Source of the DNA: Rhynchopus sp. YZ270_cl-10
Taxonomy: Eukaryota
Direction: 5' to 3'
Assembly: GCA_964035575.1 (NCBI GenBank)
Contig: OZ037838.1
Location: 372,001 to 436,000 of the forward strand
Length of the DNA stretch: 64,000 nucleotides
The position numbers and the translations under genes were made by a program. The first letter of the stretch is position 1. The number at the start of each line of letters is the position of its first letter. Positions 35,026 through 46,879 of the stretch are shown here, one piece after another. Below the pieces are notes generated by a model, which was not told where the DNA came from, did no database searches, and saw only the letters and a list, made by a program, of their open reading frames with translations.

Positions 35026-36144
35026 TCACTCACTGTTATGTGGGTACAGATATTTTGTTGCAATGACGCGATCTGATTGAATAGCCATAACAACACGCGA
35101 ACACGGCGATATCGCAAAGGACCCACCTGTTCCGTGCGGTAACACACGCACACAGGACATGGTCGCCACATCATACTGGTGCAGGAAAGTCGTCCCAAAG
35201 CATCGTGTGTCCACGAACCTAACTACGGCGAACTTCCCACATGGAGTGAACTGCACGCCACAGACGCTAAGCTGCTCGTCTTCAAAGCGTCCAAGAACCG
35301 CACCACTCCAGTCATAGAGGTACGCTTTGTCATAGTACTCCACAGCAAAGACAGAGGCAGACCGCGAAAGCGCAACACACCACCCATTTGCAGGCACACA
35401 TGCCACAGCTTCACCTGTGTTCACATCCCACAGACGTACGTTCTCCTCCTTGTCGGAAAAGGTGATCACCCACCCACCACAGTCCGACACTGCCACACAC
35501 CTACACCCTGTGTGTGAGAGAGAGCGGAGCAACGTCAGGTCTTCGTCATACACAGAGACGTTGTCTTCGCCCTGCGAGACAACAACACCACCACACGCAA
35601 ACGGCGTTCTCAAGGAGCCGTCGACTTTGCGGACCACCTCCCCACCCGGAAGCGCAACCTCCGCAAGACAATTCCGATCCGCCATGTAGCAGCGTGTCTT
35701 GCACCGTGAGATGGCAGGCGCATCCCACACCTCAATGTTTGATTTGAACCTGAAGGCAGGGCTGAAGGTTTCTGTATTGAGGCCGGTGACACAGTCATCC
35801 TCCTGTGCAAAGAGGCAGAGTGCTCCACAAGGAGACAGCGACAAATGCCTAATTTCCCTCTCCGGCTTTCCAATTGGCACCTCTGCACTGTACTCAGCAG
35901 GACACTTGATGTCGGCAAAGCGGGGGCGGGCAAGCACAACCTGCACCCCTGCATCAAACGCAGTGTCCTGCAGACGGCACGTCCCCTCCAGCACCTGCGT
36001 GCCGATGCGCATCTCAACAGACGCAGGCGAGACAGCAAGCGCCGTGCACGCAACCTCCTTTGCCGCTGCAACGTCCGCCTCGCACGGCACCTCCACTGTC
36101 GCAGTCACGCCTGACTCTTCCAGCACAAAGGTCACATCCATCAT
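35026..36144 (-). CDS. UBL-WD40 propeller family, copy 9
   Basis: Intact paralog, LSPCGALCL subfamily. Confidence 0.9.
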   Translation of the reverse strand: MMDVTFVLEESGVTATVEVPCEADVAAAKEVACTALAVSPASVEMRIGTQVLEGTCRLQDTAFDAGVQVVLARPRFADIKCPAEYSAEVPIGKPEREIRHLSLSPCGALCLFAQEDDCVTGLNTETFSPAFRFKSNIEVWDAPAISRCKTRCYMADRNCLAEVALPGGEVVRKVDGSLRTPFACGGVVVSQGEDNVSVYDEDLTLLRSLSHTGCRCVAVSDCGGWVITFSDKEENVRLWDVNTGEAVACVPANGWCVALSRSASVFAVEYYDKAYLYDWSGAVLGRFEDEQLSVCGVQFTPCGKFAVVRFVDTRCFGTTFLHQYDVATMSCVRVLPHGTGGSFAISPCSRVVMAIQSDRVIATKYLYPHNSE

Positions 36145-36438
36145 ATTGTAAAGGGCTCTGTTGTGTTTGATGTGATGGTTGGTGGTGTCACTTCGCAACG
36201 ACAAATAAGAAGGTTGGTGGGTTGAATACGTGTTTCAACAAACTCTGACAAAGCAAGCCATTCGAAGATACCCTGCGGCAAACACACAGGAGTGAGGCAT
36301 GTGAGGTGGGCGACCTGTGGCAGGCAAACAAGAGAAAAGCAGCAACAGGGCTGAAAGGGGAGTTTCTTGGGGGTATACTGGGGTGTACTGAGTTATATTG
36401 ATGATGACCACCCTCCCCTCCCCTCCCCTGGTCACACA

Positions 36439-36520
36439 TCAGTCACTGTTGTTTGGGTACAGATGTCTTGTAACAATGACGCCATCTGAGTGCATAACCA
36501 CAACAACACGTGAACACGGC
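36439..36520 (-). pseudogene. 3' remnant of a UBL-WD40 gene
   Basis: PCSRVVVVMHSDGVIVTRHLYPNNSD*. Together with its 3' flank it is near-identical to 28655-28868. Truncated next to the transposon nest. Confidence 0.85.
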
Positions 36521-36796
36521 TGTTTTGAGCGGGGTGTAATTTCTGAGGTACCTACCCTCCCCCGTGTATATGTCCTGTGCATATGTCCGTGTTGGTCGAG
36601 GCTCGGACATATGCACATACCGCACGTCAGGTAGTATACTACAGTGCACAGCGGCAAAAACTCATTCCGAGCTTGCGGTCCGGTACGTTGGCGGGGCATC
36701 TCCGCTCATGTGTGTATATGTCCGGAAATTTTTCAGAAAGTGCCGGACATATCAGTGGCTGTCACGAAATGTGGTAATTTCAACATTTTTGAGTAA

Positions 36797-38414
36797 GGGT
36801 AGCACAATTAAAAATATTGTTTAGTGTCCTGCGCGCGAACAGATTTTTGGAAATCCAAAAAAAAAAAATAATTGGGACACAACTACATGGATGTCCAAAG
36901 TACTTGAAGTATATCAAGTACTTGATCCCCCAAAAAACCCAATACTTGATACTTGAAGTACTTGACACCCTATTTTTTTTTTCTCGTACTTTTTTACTTG
37001 TTTTCTCTCTGTCAAGTACTTTTTTTACAAAAAAAACGTCAAGTACTTGATCAAGTACAAAAAAAGTGGGTACTTGATCAAGTACTTGAACGTTTTTTTT
37101 CGAAAACAAGTACTTGACAGACCCTGTCAGAGGGTAAAAAAGTAAAAAAGTACGAGAAAAAAAAATAGGGGGTCAAGTACTTGATTTTTGTCAAGTACTT
37201 GATCAGTCTTCAAGTACGTGACTGTCATTTTGAGAGGAAAAAAAAGGGGGGGGTCAAGTACTTCAAGTGCCATAAAAAATCAGAAAAAAGTACTTCAAGT
37301 ACTTTGGACATCCATGCAACTACAAAAAAAATAATTTTTATGGTTGGTAGGTTGAAGTCAGGACGGACGAAGTCTCGGAGGGCCCTAAGGGGGAAGGTAG
37401 GTGGGGACTTCTGTCTGGGAAAAAGTGACCAGAAAAAAAAATGTTGGGGTCCCGTGCTCCCAAATGTGCGAAATAAGCAAGAAATAAGCATTTTTGCGCA
37501 CACGTGTATAAAAAAAAAATCCGCCTCCGGCGGGGTTCGTTTTCGAGGATTTTCAGAGATCTCACGTTATGAAGATTTCCTTAAGAAACCATTGAATCTC
37601 ATATTTCAGAATAATAGTACCTTAGAGTGTTTTTGGACACACATGTGACCCCACCGTGGAGAGCAATCGGCTCGTGCAATCAAAAGAAAGTGGAGAAAAG
37701 GTACAAGAATAAAAAGTTGGGTACCGTGCGCCTGCGGCGCTGCCTGTTTCCTACCAGTTTCTACAGGCAAACACTTGCCCCCTTTACCTTACACTGACGG
37801 GTTTTGACCAAAACCAAGAACTTGTCCATTTCGGCAAATTGACCCCACCACAGAACGGACGGATTCCGAAAATGCAAATGCCGGTGTTTTCGCGCATTTT
37901 CATGTTTCAAGACGTCAGGATCAGGGAGAGAAAATCTGGTTGTGGGATTTACCTTGGCCCTCTTTACCCTACATGGATTTTGACCAAAACCAAGAATTTG
38001 GCCATTTCGGAAAAGTGACCCCACCACAGTGCGGGCGGATTCCGGAAATTCCAATCGCGGTATGTTTTGGAGCTGAAAACCCACTGTTTTTTTCAGGGGA
38101 AAAATTGCTTCCAAATGTCGGAATTTTCCGAATTTTCCTGAAAATGACCCTTGTTTACGAGTATGGGTTCATATTTTGCGAAAATTTAAGTCACTAAAAT
38201 TTTGTCCATTTTTCCGTATTCACCCCACCACAAGCCGGGATTGGCTCAGAAATGCAACAAAACGCCCCAGAGTTAGGAAATAGCCTGAAAAGAGGGCAAA
38301 ATAGGTGAGGGAAAAATTATTTTTTTTTGACTAGTTATTTTTTTTTTTGCGTGCGTGCGAACAGATTTTTGGGGAGCGGTGGGACACTAAACAAGGTTTT
38401 TAATTGTGCTACCC
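36797..38414. mobile_element. PIF/Harbinger-like non-autonomous element, third layer
   Basis: taa|gggtagcacaattaaaaa..tgtttagtgtcc ... ggacactaaaca..tttttaattgtgctaccc|taa. GGG ends with a TWA duplication. Second copy at 63252. Confidence 0.8.
36886..37316. mobile_element. MITE with CATGGATGTCC TIRs, 6 bp TSD and many AAGTACTT motifs, innermost layer
   Basis: caacta|catggatgtccaaagtacttgaagta ... tacttcaagtactttggacatccatg|caacta. An empty site with a single caacta is present at 63335-63340. Confidence 0.9.
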
Positions 38415-39133
38415 TAAAATGACCAAATTTTTGACTTTTTCACCGATTTTTTTTTTTTATTTGCATTGCGCGGAATGCGCTGATTGCAACGAAACGATTC
38501 TCGTTTTTTTTTTTTTTTTCAGAAATTTATTTGCTCATTTCAAAAATCATCGTTTTTTCGGATATTCTCGTAGCCATCCCAGAAAATACTGGTATTTTTC
38601 CGGAAGTCGAAAATGTGCTTAACTGCGTTTCCGAGGTTCGCGCAAAAAAATGAAAAAAAAATCGAGCAAAAAGTCCAAAATTTTAATTAGTTAAAGGCGG
38701 GCCACATGAATTACCACATTTCGTGACAGCCACTGATATACACATCAAAATGGGTCCGGACATATACACGGGGGAGGGTAGGTAAATAATAATATGAACA
38801 GACAGTGAGGGTCTGAATGGTCTCAGGCGTCAACACAAAAACAATAGCAACAGATGCATGCATTTTGAACCTGTACATCTTTTCCACAATCGATGCACAG
38901 AAAAAGAGAAAAGCCTAGTTATAAGATGAACCTAAGCCCCTCGTACTTCGTCACCTTGAGCACAATCGTTATCGCACGTTTGTGTTGCTTCTCGTTGTGA
39001 GGAATACCCCTCCATACGTGTGTCATGCCCCCACCCTCCCGCGCCCGGTTCCCCAACCCGCTTTCAGACGTTTTCACAGCGTTTTTCGACATATTGTGTC
39101 CCAGTCCGGCTGAGAACATCCGGGTCCCCACGT

Positions 39134-40300
39134 CTAATTCTCAGCTACGCTCCCGGGTGACACATTGTGTGGGTACAGATGGCTTGTTCTGATGACGCCA
39201 TCTCGTTCCATAGCCACAACAACACGTGAACATGGCGATATCGCAAAGGATACAACTGAGCTTGCATAGATTTGCGGCAACACATGCACACAGGACATGG
39301 TCACCACGTCATACTGGTGCAGCAGGTGTGCATTGTAAGCACCATATTCTTCTTCGTCATCTGTATCATATATGTCTTCCGGATCATGCATCTTGGCCAC
39401 AAGGTACTTCCCACACGGGGTGAACTGCATATCCGCGACACTCCCACCCACATCAACACTGCGAAGAGCCGCACCACTCCAATCATAGAGGTGCACGTTG
39501 CCACAGCGCGCCACAGCAAAGACAGAGGCAGACCGGGAGAGCGCGACAACACGGCTTGATACAGGCACACATGCCACATCTTCACCTGTGTTCACATCCC
39601 ACAGACGTATATTCTTCTCCTTGCTGGAGGAGGTGATCACCCACCCACCACAGTCCGACACTGCCACGTCCCAGCACTCTTCGTGCGAGAGAGAGCGGAG
39701 CAACGTCAGGTCTTCGTCATACACAGAGACGCCGTCTTTGCCCTTCGAGACAACAACACTGCCACACGCAAACACTGACGACGAGTAGTCGTCGACTTTG
39801 CGGACGACCTCCCCACCCGGAAGCGCAACCTGGAAAAGGCCTGCCTTCTTGTACGCCAGGTAGCAGCGTGTCTTGCACTGCGAGATGGCAGGCGGACCGT
39901 ACACACGAAGGCCCATTAATGTGAATGCGAAGACTGTGTCGAAGGTTTCTGTGTCGAAGCCGCCAACATGCCCACTCCCGAGACTATGTACGCAGAGCGT
40001 TCCACAACGCGACAGCGTCAACGTCGTCGCACGCATCTCTATAGTGTACTCAGCAGGACACTTGATGTCGGCCAAGCGAGGACAGGCAAGCACAACCTGC
40101 ATCCCTGCACCAAACGCAGTGTCCTGCAGACGGCACGTCCCCTCCAGCACCTGCGTGCCGATGCGCATCTCGACAGACGCAGGCGAGACAGCAAGCGCCG
40201 TGCACGCAACCTCCTTTGCCGCTGCAACCTTCGCATCGCACGGCACCTCCACTGTCGCAGTCACGCCTGACTCTTCCAGCACAAAGGTCACATCCATCAT
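39134..40300 (-). CDS. UBL-WD40 propeller family, copy 10
   Basis: Intact paralog with an altered C-terminal tail. Confidence 0.9.
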   Translation of the reverse strand: MMDVTFVLEESGVTATVEVPCDAKVAAAKEVACTALAVSPASVEMRIGTQVLEGTCRLQDTAFGAGMQVVLACPRLADIKCPAEYTIEMRATTLTLSRCGTLCVHSLGSGHVGGFDTETFDTVFAFTLMGLRVYGPPAISQCKTRCYLAYKKAGLFQVALPGGEVVRKVDDYSSSVFACGSVVVSKGKDGVSVYDEDLTLLRSLSHEECWDVAVSDCGGWVITSSSKEKNIRLWDVNTGEDVACVPVSSRVVALSRSASVFAVARCGNVHLYDWSGAALRSVDVGGSVADMQFTPCGKYLVAKMHDPEDIYDTDDEEEYGAYNAHLLHQYDVVTMSCVHVLPQIYASSVVSFAISPCSRVVVAMERDGVIRTSHLYPHNVSPGSVAEN

Positions 40301-40810
40301 ATTGTTAAGGGCTCTGTTGTGTTTGATGTGATGGTTGGTGGTGTCACTTCGCAACGACAAATAAGAAGGTTGGTGGGTTGAATACGTGTTTCAACAAACT
40401 CTGACAAAGCAAGCCATTTGAAGATAAACACAAAATATGTGAACATAAATCTCATGGCTTGCCCGTGTCTAGATTGACGGTGTGGCCTATGCAGTTGATG
40501 GTATACCCTTTGAAGACACTTGCACTGTCCCCTACTGTTAGAATACAGTCACCACCCTCCCACCCCTCGCGAAACATCACTCACTGTTGGGTACAGATGC
40601 CTCTCTTATACTGCCGCCTGTTGCTGTATATCTAAAAACCCCTAACAACAATACCGCAACACAAACACTGACTGCGAGGTAGAGTGCGATACGCATTCAG
40701 GGGCGAGTGAAACGAACACTGATGCAACTGCTCAGCGACAGCGAGGAGGTGCTTCTAGGGTGGACTGCCTGCGAGAAGCTGCACAAACACAACCTCTCGC
40801 AAAACATCAC

Positions 40811-41926
40811 TCAGTAGGGGTACAGATGTCTCGTCTCAATGGTGTCGCATTCCAAATTGATGACCACTACCACACGTGAACACGGCGATATCGTGAGTGC
40901 AAAGGGAGCGACGCCACGGAACGTACGCACACAGGACATGGTCGCCACATCATACTGGTGCAGAGTGTACTCTTCACAAAATACTTCACCACTCTCAAAG
41001 CAAACAACGACGGACTTCCCACACGGAGTGAACTGCACGGCACAGACGCGAGACTCCTCCTTTTCAAAGCTGCCAAGAGCCGCACCACTCCAGTCGTAGA
41101 ACTGCACTTTGTCAGAGCTCACCACAGCAAAGATAGAGGCAGACAGTGAAAGAGCCACGCACTCCCCATCCGCAGGCACACATGCCACATCTTCACCTGT
41201 GTTCACATCCCACAGACGTGCGTTCTCCTCCCCCCTGGAGGAGGTGAGCACCCACCCACCACAGTCCGACACTGCCATGTTCTTACACCCCTTGTGTAAG
41301 AGAGAGCGGAGCAACGTCAGGTCTTCGTCATACACAGAGACGCCGTCTTCACCTTGGGAGACAACAACACTGCCACACGCGGACACCGACATACAATTGC
41401 CGTCGACTTTGCGGAGCACCTCCCCACCCGGAAGTGCAACCTCGTGCATAGCTTCCCAGCACCGCATGTAGCAGCGTGTCTTGCACCGTGATATGGCAAG
41501 CACACCGCTCACCACAAAGTCTATTTTGAACTTGAAGGCAATGTTGAAGGTTTCTGTATCGAGGCCGGTGACACTGCCATCCTCCTGTCTAAAGAGGCAG
41601 AGTGCTCCACAAGAAGACAGCGTCAAACGATCAATATCCATCTGCTGCCCACCAGTTGGCACCTCTACCCTGTACTCAGCAGGACACTTGATGTCGGCAA
41701 AGCGAGGGCGGGCAAGCACAACCTGCACCCCTGCATCAAACGCAGTGTCCTGCAGACGGCACGTACCCTCCAGCACCTGCGTGCCGATGCGCATCTCGAC
41801 AGACGCAGGCGAGACAGCAAGCGCCGTGCACGCAACCTCCTTTGCCGCTGCAACCTTCGCATCGCACGACACCTCCACTGTCGCAGTCACGCCTGACTCT
41901 TCCAGCACAAAGGTCACATCCATCAT
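40811..41926 (-). CDS. UBL-WD40 propeller family, copy 11
   Basis: Intact paralog. Confidence 0.9.
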   Translation of the reverse strand: MMDVTFVLEESGVTATVEVSCDAKVAAAKEVACTALAVSPASVEMRIGTQVLEGTCRLQDTAFDAGVQVVLARPRFADIKCPAEYRVEVPTGGQQMDIDRLTLSSCGALCLFRQEDGSVTGLDTETFNIAFKFKIDFVVSGVLAISRCKTRCYMRCWEAMHEVALPGGEVLRKVDGNCMSVSACGSVVVSQGEDGVSVYDEDLTLLRSLLHKGCKNMAVSDCGGWVLTSSRGEENARLWDVNTGEDVACVPADGECVALSLSASIFAVVSSDKVQFYDWSGAALGSFEKEESRVCAVQFTPCGKSVVVCFESGEVFCEEYTLHQYDVATMSCVRTFRGVAPFALTISPCSRVVVVINLECDTIETRHLYPY

Positions 41927-42457
41927 GTTGTTAAGGGCTCTGTTGTGTTTGATGTGATGGTTGGTGGTGTCACTTCACAACAACAACAAAAATTACAGCA
42001 TCCCCCAAAAAAGAGAAGTTGAAAGTGCAAACGCCTCACCGTTCATCGGCGGACTGCAGGCACTAGTTGTGGAGGGAGGAAAGGGCGTTTCTGGCCCATT
42101 TTTGGGGGGTTTTTCGACCAAATGTCGTTCAAAAAGAGATGCCGAAAAGAAAAAAAAAACTCGTGAATGAAACGTGGGGGGGAAATAATAAAAACCCCTT
42201 TCATATTTTGTTTAGTTGGTACGCTACCCACGTCATACGCGATTTTTTTTTCTACCCCCCAAAACGTCCAGAAAAGGATGTCAAAAGGGAAAAAACCCTT
42301 AGCCTGAAGTACAGAAATGAGGTGAGTGCACAATAATAGGGAAAGGGAATAAACGACAAGTCTCAGATGTTTTAATCATTTCCCACCACAAAGTATTTGC
42401 CCTCATACAAAAAAAATTCACCCATATCACTACTCCCTCGCCTCCCCTGGTCACACA

Positions 42458-43546
42458 TCACTCACTGTTGTGTGGGTACAGATGTCTTGTCCTGATGACG
42501 CCATCTACTTCCCTAGCCACAACAACACGTGAACACGGCGATATCGCAAATGACTTAACTGAGCTTTGCGGTATTTCATGCACACAGGACATGGTCGCCA
42601 CATCATACTGGCGCGGGTATACATGCCAAGCACCATCACATACCCCTGCCACAAGGTACTTCCCACATGGTGTGAACTGCATGCCCTCGACAGGCCTATC
42701 CACAACAACACTGCGAAGAGCCGCACCACTCCAGTCAAAGAGCTGCACGGTGTTGCCCACCACAGCAAAGACAGAGGCAGACCGTGAAAGTGCCACCCAC
42801 CTCCCATCCGCAGGCACACATGCCACAGCTTCACCTGTGTTCACATCCCACAGACGTACGTTGTCCTGCTTGTTGGAGGAGGTGATCACCCACCCACCAC
42901 AGTCCGACAGGGCCACCTCCCTGCACCTTTCGTGCGAGAGAGAGCGGAGCAACGTCAGGTCTTCGTCATACACAGAGACGCCGTCTGTGCCCTTCGAGAC
43001 AACAACACCACCACACGCGAACACTGAGTGCAAGGAGCCGTCGACTTTGCGGACCACCTCCCCACCCGGAAGCGCAACCTCGAGAAGGTAATCCCCACAC
43101 GCCAGGTAGCAGCGTGTCTTGCACTGCGAGATGGCAGGTGCAGCGACCACTTTAGTGTCCACTTCAAACGAGAAGACAGTGTCGAAGGTTTCTGTGTCCA
43201 AGCCAACAACATTCTTATCACAAACATAGACGCAGAGCGTTCCACAACGCGACAGCGAGATCCTTGAGTACCTCGATGACGGCTTAAGTTTCTGCTCAGC
43301 AGGACACTTGATGTCGGCCAAGCGAGGACAGGCAAGCACAACCTGCACCCCTGAATCAAACGCAGTGTCCTGCAGACGGCACGTCCCCTCCAGCACCTGC
43401 GTGCCGATGCGCATCTCGACAGACGCAGGCGAGACAGCAAGCGCCGTGCACGCAACCTCCTTTGCCGCTGCAACCTTCGCCTCGCACGGCACCTCCACTG
43501 TCGCAGTCACGCCTGACTCTTCCAGCACAAAGGTCACATCCATCAT
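42458..43546 (-). CDS. UBL-WD40 propeller family, copy 12 (chimeric)
   Basis: Intact paralog that switches subfamily type at DTETF. Confidence 0.9.
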   Translation of the reverse strand: MMDVTFVLEESGVTATVEVPCEAKVAAAKEVACTALAVSPASVEMRIGTQVLEGTCRLQDTAFDSGVQVVLACPRLADIKCPAEQKLKPSSRYSRISLSRCGTLCVYVCDKNVVGLDTETFDTVFSFEVDTKVVAAPAISQCKTRCYLACGDYLLEVALPGGEVVRKVDGSLHSVFACGGVVVSKGTDGVSVYDEDLTLLRSLSHERCREVALSDCGGWVITSSNKQDNVRLWDVNTGEAVACVPADGRWVALSRSASVFAVVGNTVQLFDWSGAALRSVVVDRPVEGMQFTPCGKYLVAGVCDGAWHVYPRQYDVATMSCVHEIPQSSVKSFAISPCSRVVVAREVDGVIRTRHLYPHNSE

Positions 43547-43967
43547 TGTTTCAAGAGCTGTGTTGGTGTGATGCAATATAATGTTCTGTTTGGTGGACAG
43601 ATGAAGGAGCTGAGAGGGTGGACACGTGGAAAGAAGGGATGAGTGCTGGGGGTCGGTTGTTTGAATATATTGTTTTGGGTTGGGGTAGCAGTTCTCGGGC
43701 ACAGGACAAATGTGAACAGCAGTGAGCACATGAATAGGTCTCACCATGGCGCACATCTCTGTGTGGAGGGCGACGAGGGCGGCCTGGCGGGAGGCGATGT
43801 GGTGTTCGGCTGCAAGGTGGTCTGCGGTGTCTTGCTCGTGGATGCAGATCTGCCATCACTGGATAGGTGTGTGCTGGCAAGACGCAGGCTTCTGTTGACG
43901 ACGGCCTCCACGGAATACAAGGGGGCAAGCCACCACACCCATTTCACATGGTGCCAAAGCATGAACA

Positions 43968-45116
43968 TCACTCGTTGTGGGGGTACAGATGTCTTGTCAG
44001 AATAGTGTTGCGTTCGCGTGATAGAAACATAACCACACGCGAACACGGTGATATTGAAAATGAGTGACCGGTGACATCAGGGATCACATGTACACAGGAC
44101 ATGGTCGCCACATCATACTGTTGCAGCTCTTCATATGCTGCTCCATCGTCAGTACGCTGACGGACATGGACCACAAGGTACTTCCCACACAGGGTGAATT
44201 GCATGCTACCTCCAGGGATAGCAGCGTTCTGCAGGGTCGCACCACTCCAGTCGTGGAGCTGCACACTCGGTGTCTCGGCCATACGACCCACATTGATCCC
44301 TACAGCAAAGACAGAGGCAGAGCTTGAAAGAGCTACAGCGTACCTGGACACAGGCACACATGCCACAGCTTCACCTGTGTTCACATCCCACATACGTGCA
44401 TTCTTCTCACTGAAGGAGGAAGAGATGGCCCACCCACCACAGTCCGACACTGCCACGCTCCCGCCCCACTGGCTGCACCCCTTGTGAGAGAGAGAGCGGA
44501 GCAACGTCAGGTCTTCGTCATACACAGAGACGCAGTCTGTGCCTCGTGAGACAACAACACCACCACACGCGACCACTTCGTACGAAGGGCCGTCCACTTT
44601 GCGGAGAACCTCCCCACCCGGAAGTGCAACCTTGCGTAAGTCTTTCCAACACGCCAGGTAGCAGCGTGTCTTGCACCGTGAGATGGCAGGTGCACCGCCC
44701 ACCATTGAGTCTACTTCGAACCTGAAGGCAGGGCTGAAGGTTTCTGTATCGAGGCCGGTGACATAGCCTGCCTTCTGTGTAAAGAGGCAGAGTGCTCCAC
44801 AAGGAGACAGCGATAACCAATTTATTTTCATCCCTTGCCCACCAGTTGGCACCTCTACACTGTACTGGGCAGGACACTTGATGTCGGCAAAGCGAGGGCA
44901 GGCAAGCACAACCTGCACCCCTGCATCAAACGCAGTGTCCTGCAGACGGCACGTCCCCTCCAGCACCTGCGTGCCGATGCGCATCTCGACAGACGCAGGC
45001 GAGACAGCAAGCGCCGTGCACGCAACCTCCTTTGCCGCTGCAACGTCCGCCTCGCACGGCACCTCCACTGTCGCAGTCACGCCTGACTCTTCCAGCACAA
45101 AGGTCACATCCATCAT
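43968..45116 (-). CDS. UBL-WD40 propeller family, copy 13
   Basis: Intact paralog. The spacer to copy 12 resembles the spacer between copies 3 and 4. Confidence 0.9.
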   Translation of the reverse strand: MMDVTFVLEESGVTATVEVPCEADVAAAKEVACTALAVSPASVEMRIGTQVLEGTCRLQDTAFDAGVQVVLACPRFADIKCPAQYSVEVPTGGQGMKINWLSLSPCGALCLFTQKAGYVTGLDTETFSPAFRFEVDSMVGGAPAISRCKTRCYLACWKDLRKVALPGGEVLRKVDGPSYEVVACGGVVVSRGTDCVSVYDEDLTLLRSLSHKGCSQWGGSVAVSDCGGWAISSSFSEKNARMWDVNTGEAVACVPVSRYAVALSSSASVFAVGINVGRMAETPSVQLHDWSGATLQNAAIPGGSMQFTLCGKYLVVHVRQRTDDGAAYEELQQYDVATMSCVHVIPDVTGHSFSISPCSRVVMFLSRERNTILTRHLYPHNE

Positions 45117-45415
45117 TGTTTTGTCTTCTTCTTGTTCCACCCCTGTCAGGAGGAGATGAGGTGTGGGTTGTGTTGTGTGTTTGTGACGGTTTCATTGTGT
45201 CTGTTCCACCAACAGAAGAGGGTTTTAGCAAAGCAAAAGTGAAAAGACAAGTAAAGGGTGGTGTGGTCGTTATCGTGAAAATGTCTCAAAATGGATTCCC
45301 TCAGGTTAGTAGGTCGAGGGTGCAACGCAAATACTGATGCAACGCACGATAGCAACACACCGCAGTACTCAGCGACAGCGAGGAGGTACTTCCCACACAG
45401 AGTGGACTGCATCCC

Positions 45416-46546
45416 TCAGTAGGGGTATAAATGCCTTGTGACAAGGACGTTACTTCCTGCATCACCTCCTGCTGCCTTGAACACAACCACACGTGAGCAC
45501 GGCGATATCGCAAATACACCTTTGGTGTCCTGTATCACACGCACACAGGACATGGTCGCCACATCATACTGGTGTAGAGTGTGCTCATCACGAAATGGAT
45601 CACCATTGTTACACCCAACAACGAGGTACTTGCCACACGGAGTGAACTGCATGCAGGAGACGTGCTTCTCATTTTCTAATATTGTAAGAGTCGCACCACT
45701 CCAGTCATGGAGGTTCACTGCTTTATTTTTACGCACCACAGCAAAGACAGAGGCACGCCGTGAAAGCGCCACGCACGACCCATCCGCAGGCACACATGCC
45801 ACAGCTTCACCTGTGTTCACATCCCACAGACGTGCGTTCTTCTCACTGTAGGAGGAGGTGATCACCCACCCACCACAGTCTGATACTGCCACGCACCCGC
45901 CCCACTGGCCGCACCCCTTGTGCAGGAGAGAGCGGAGCAACGTCAGGTCTTCGTCATACACAGAGACGCTTCCTCCGTTACGTGAGACAACAACACCGCC
46001 ACAGGCAAACACGTGGTACGAGGGGTCAAATTTGCGGATCACCTCCCCACCCGGAAGCGCAACCTCGAGAAAGGACTCCTCACACACCATGTAGCAGCGT
46101 GTCTTGCACCGTGAGATGGCAGGCGCACTGTACACCTCAATGTCTACTTCGAACGTGAAGGCAGGGCTGAAGGTTTCTGTATCGAGGCCGGTGACGTAGC
46201 GTGCATTCTGTACCAAGAGGCAGAGTGCTCCACAAGGAGACAGCGAGAAATGATTAATATTCGTCCGCCACGTTGTAGTTGTCCCCTCTACACTGTACTC
46301 AGCAGGACACTTGATGTCGGCAAAGCGGCGGGCAAGCACAACCTGCACCCCTGCCTCAAACGCAGTGTCCTGCAGACGGCACGTCCCCTCCAGCACCTGC
46401 GTGCCGATGCGCATCTCGACAGACGCAGGCGAGACAGCAAGCGCCGTGCACGCAACCTCCTTTGCCGCTGCAACGTCCGCCTCGCACGGCACCTCCACTG
46501 TCGCAGTCACGCCTGACTCTTCCAGCACAAAGGTCACATCCATCAT
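45416..46546 (-). CDS. UBL-WD40 propeller family, copy 14
   Basis: Intact paralog. Confidence 0.9.
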   Translation of the reverse strand: MMDVTFVLEESGVTATVEVPCEADVAAAKEVACTALAVSPASVEMRIGTQVLEGTCRLQDTAFEAGVQVVLARRFADIKCPAEYSVEGTTTTWRTNINHFSLSPCGALCLLVQNARYVTGLDTETFSPAFTFEVDIEVYSAPAISRCKTRCYMVCEESFLEVALPGGEVIRKFDPSYHVFACGGVVVSRNGGSVSVYDEDLTLLRSLLHKGCGQWGGCVAVSDCGGWVITSSYSEKNARLWDVNTGEAVACVPADGSCVALSRRASVFAVVRKNKAVNLHDWSGATLTILENEKHVSCMQFTPCGKYLVVGCNNGDPFRDEHTLHQYDVATMSCVRVIQDTKGVFAISPCSRVVVFKAAGGDAGSNVLVTRHLYPY

Positions 46547-46879
46547 ATTGTTAAGGGGTCTGTTGTGTTTGATGTGATGGTTGGTGGTGTCACTTCGCAA
46601 CGACAAATAAGAAGGTTGGTGGGTTAAATACGTGTTTCAACAAACCCTGACAAAGAAAGCAATTTGAAGATACCCAAACCGTCCAGTAAGGACACACTGC
46701 AAGAGTAAGGAAAGTTTGAAGATACCCTGCGGCAAACACACAGGAGTGAGGTGTGTGAGGTGGGCGACCTGTGGCAGGCAAACAAGAGAAAAGCAACAAC
46801 AGGGCTGAAAGGGGAGTTTCTTGGGGGTGTTTTGAGGGTCTTGGGTTTTTTTGGTGGTACCCTGGGGTATATTCATCGT

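Larger units (their letters stand above)
36753..38735. mobile_element. TIR element with CAGTGG ends and ATAT duplication, second layer
   Basis: atat|cagtggctgtcacgaaatgtggtaatt ... aattaccacatttcgtgacagccactg|atat. Removing it restores the host motif ggacatatacac. Confidence 0.8.
36551..38782. mobile_element. TIR element with TA duplication (Tc1/mariner-like MITE), outer layer of nest
   Basis: ta|cctaccctcccccgtgtatatgtcc ... ggacatatacacgggggagggtagg|ta, 25 bp perfect TIR. Confidence 0.8.

Noticed and set aside
36886..37316. CRISPR-like array (also 34730-34987 and 52100-52525)
   Set aside because: Irregular spacing, mixed orientation, no unique spacers or cas genes, and bounded by TIRs.
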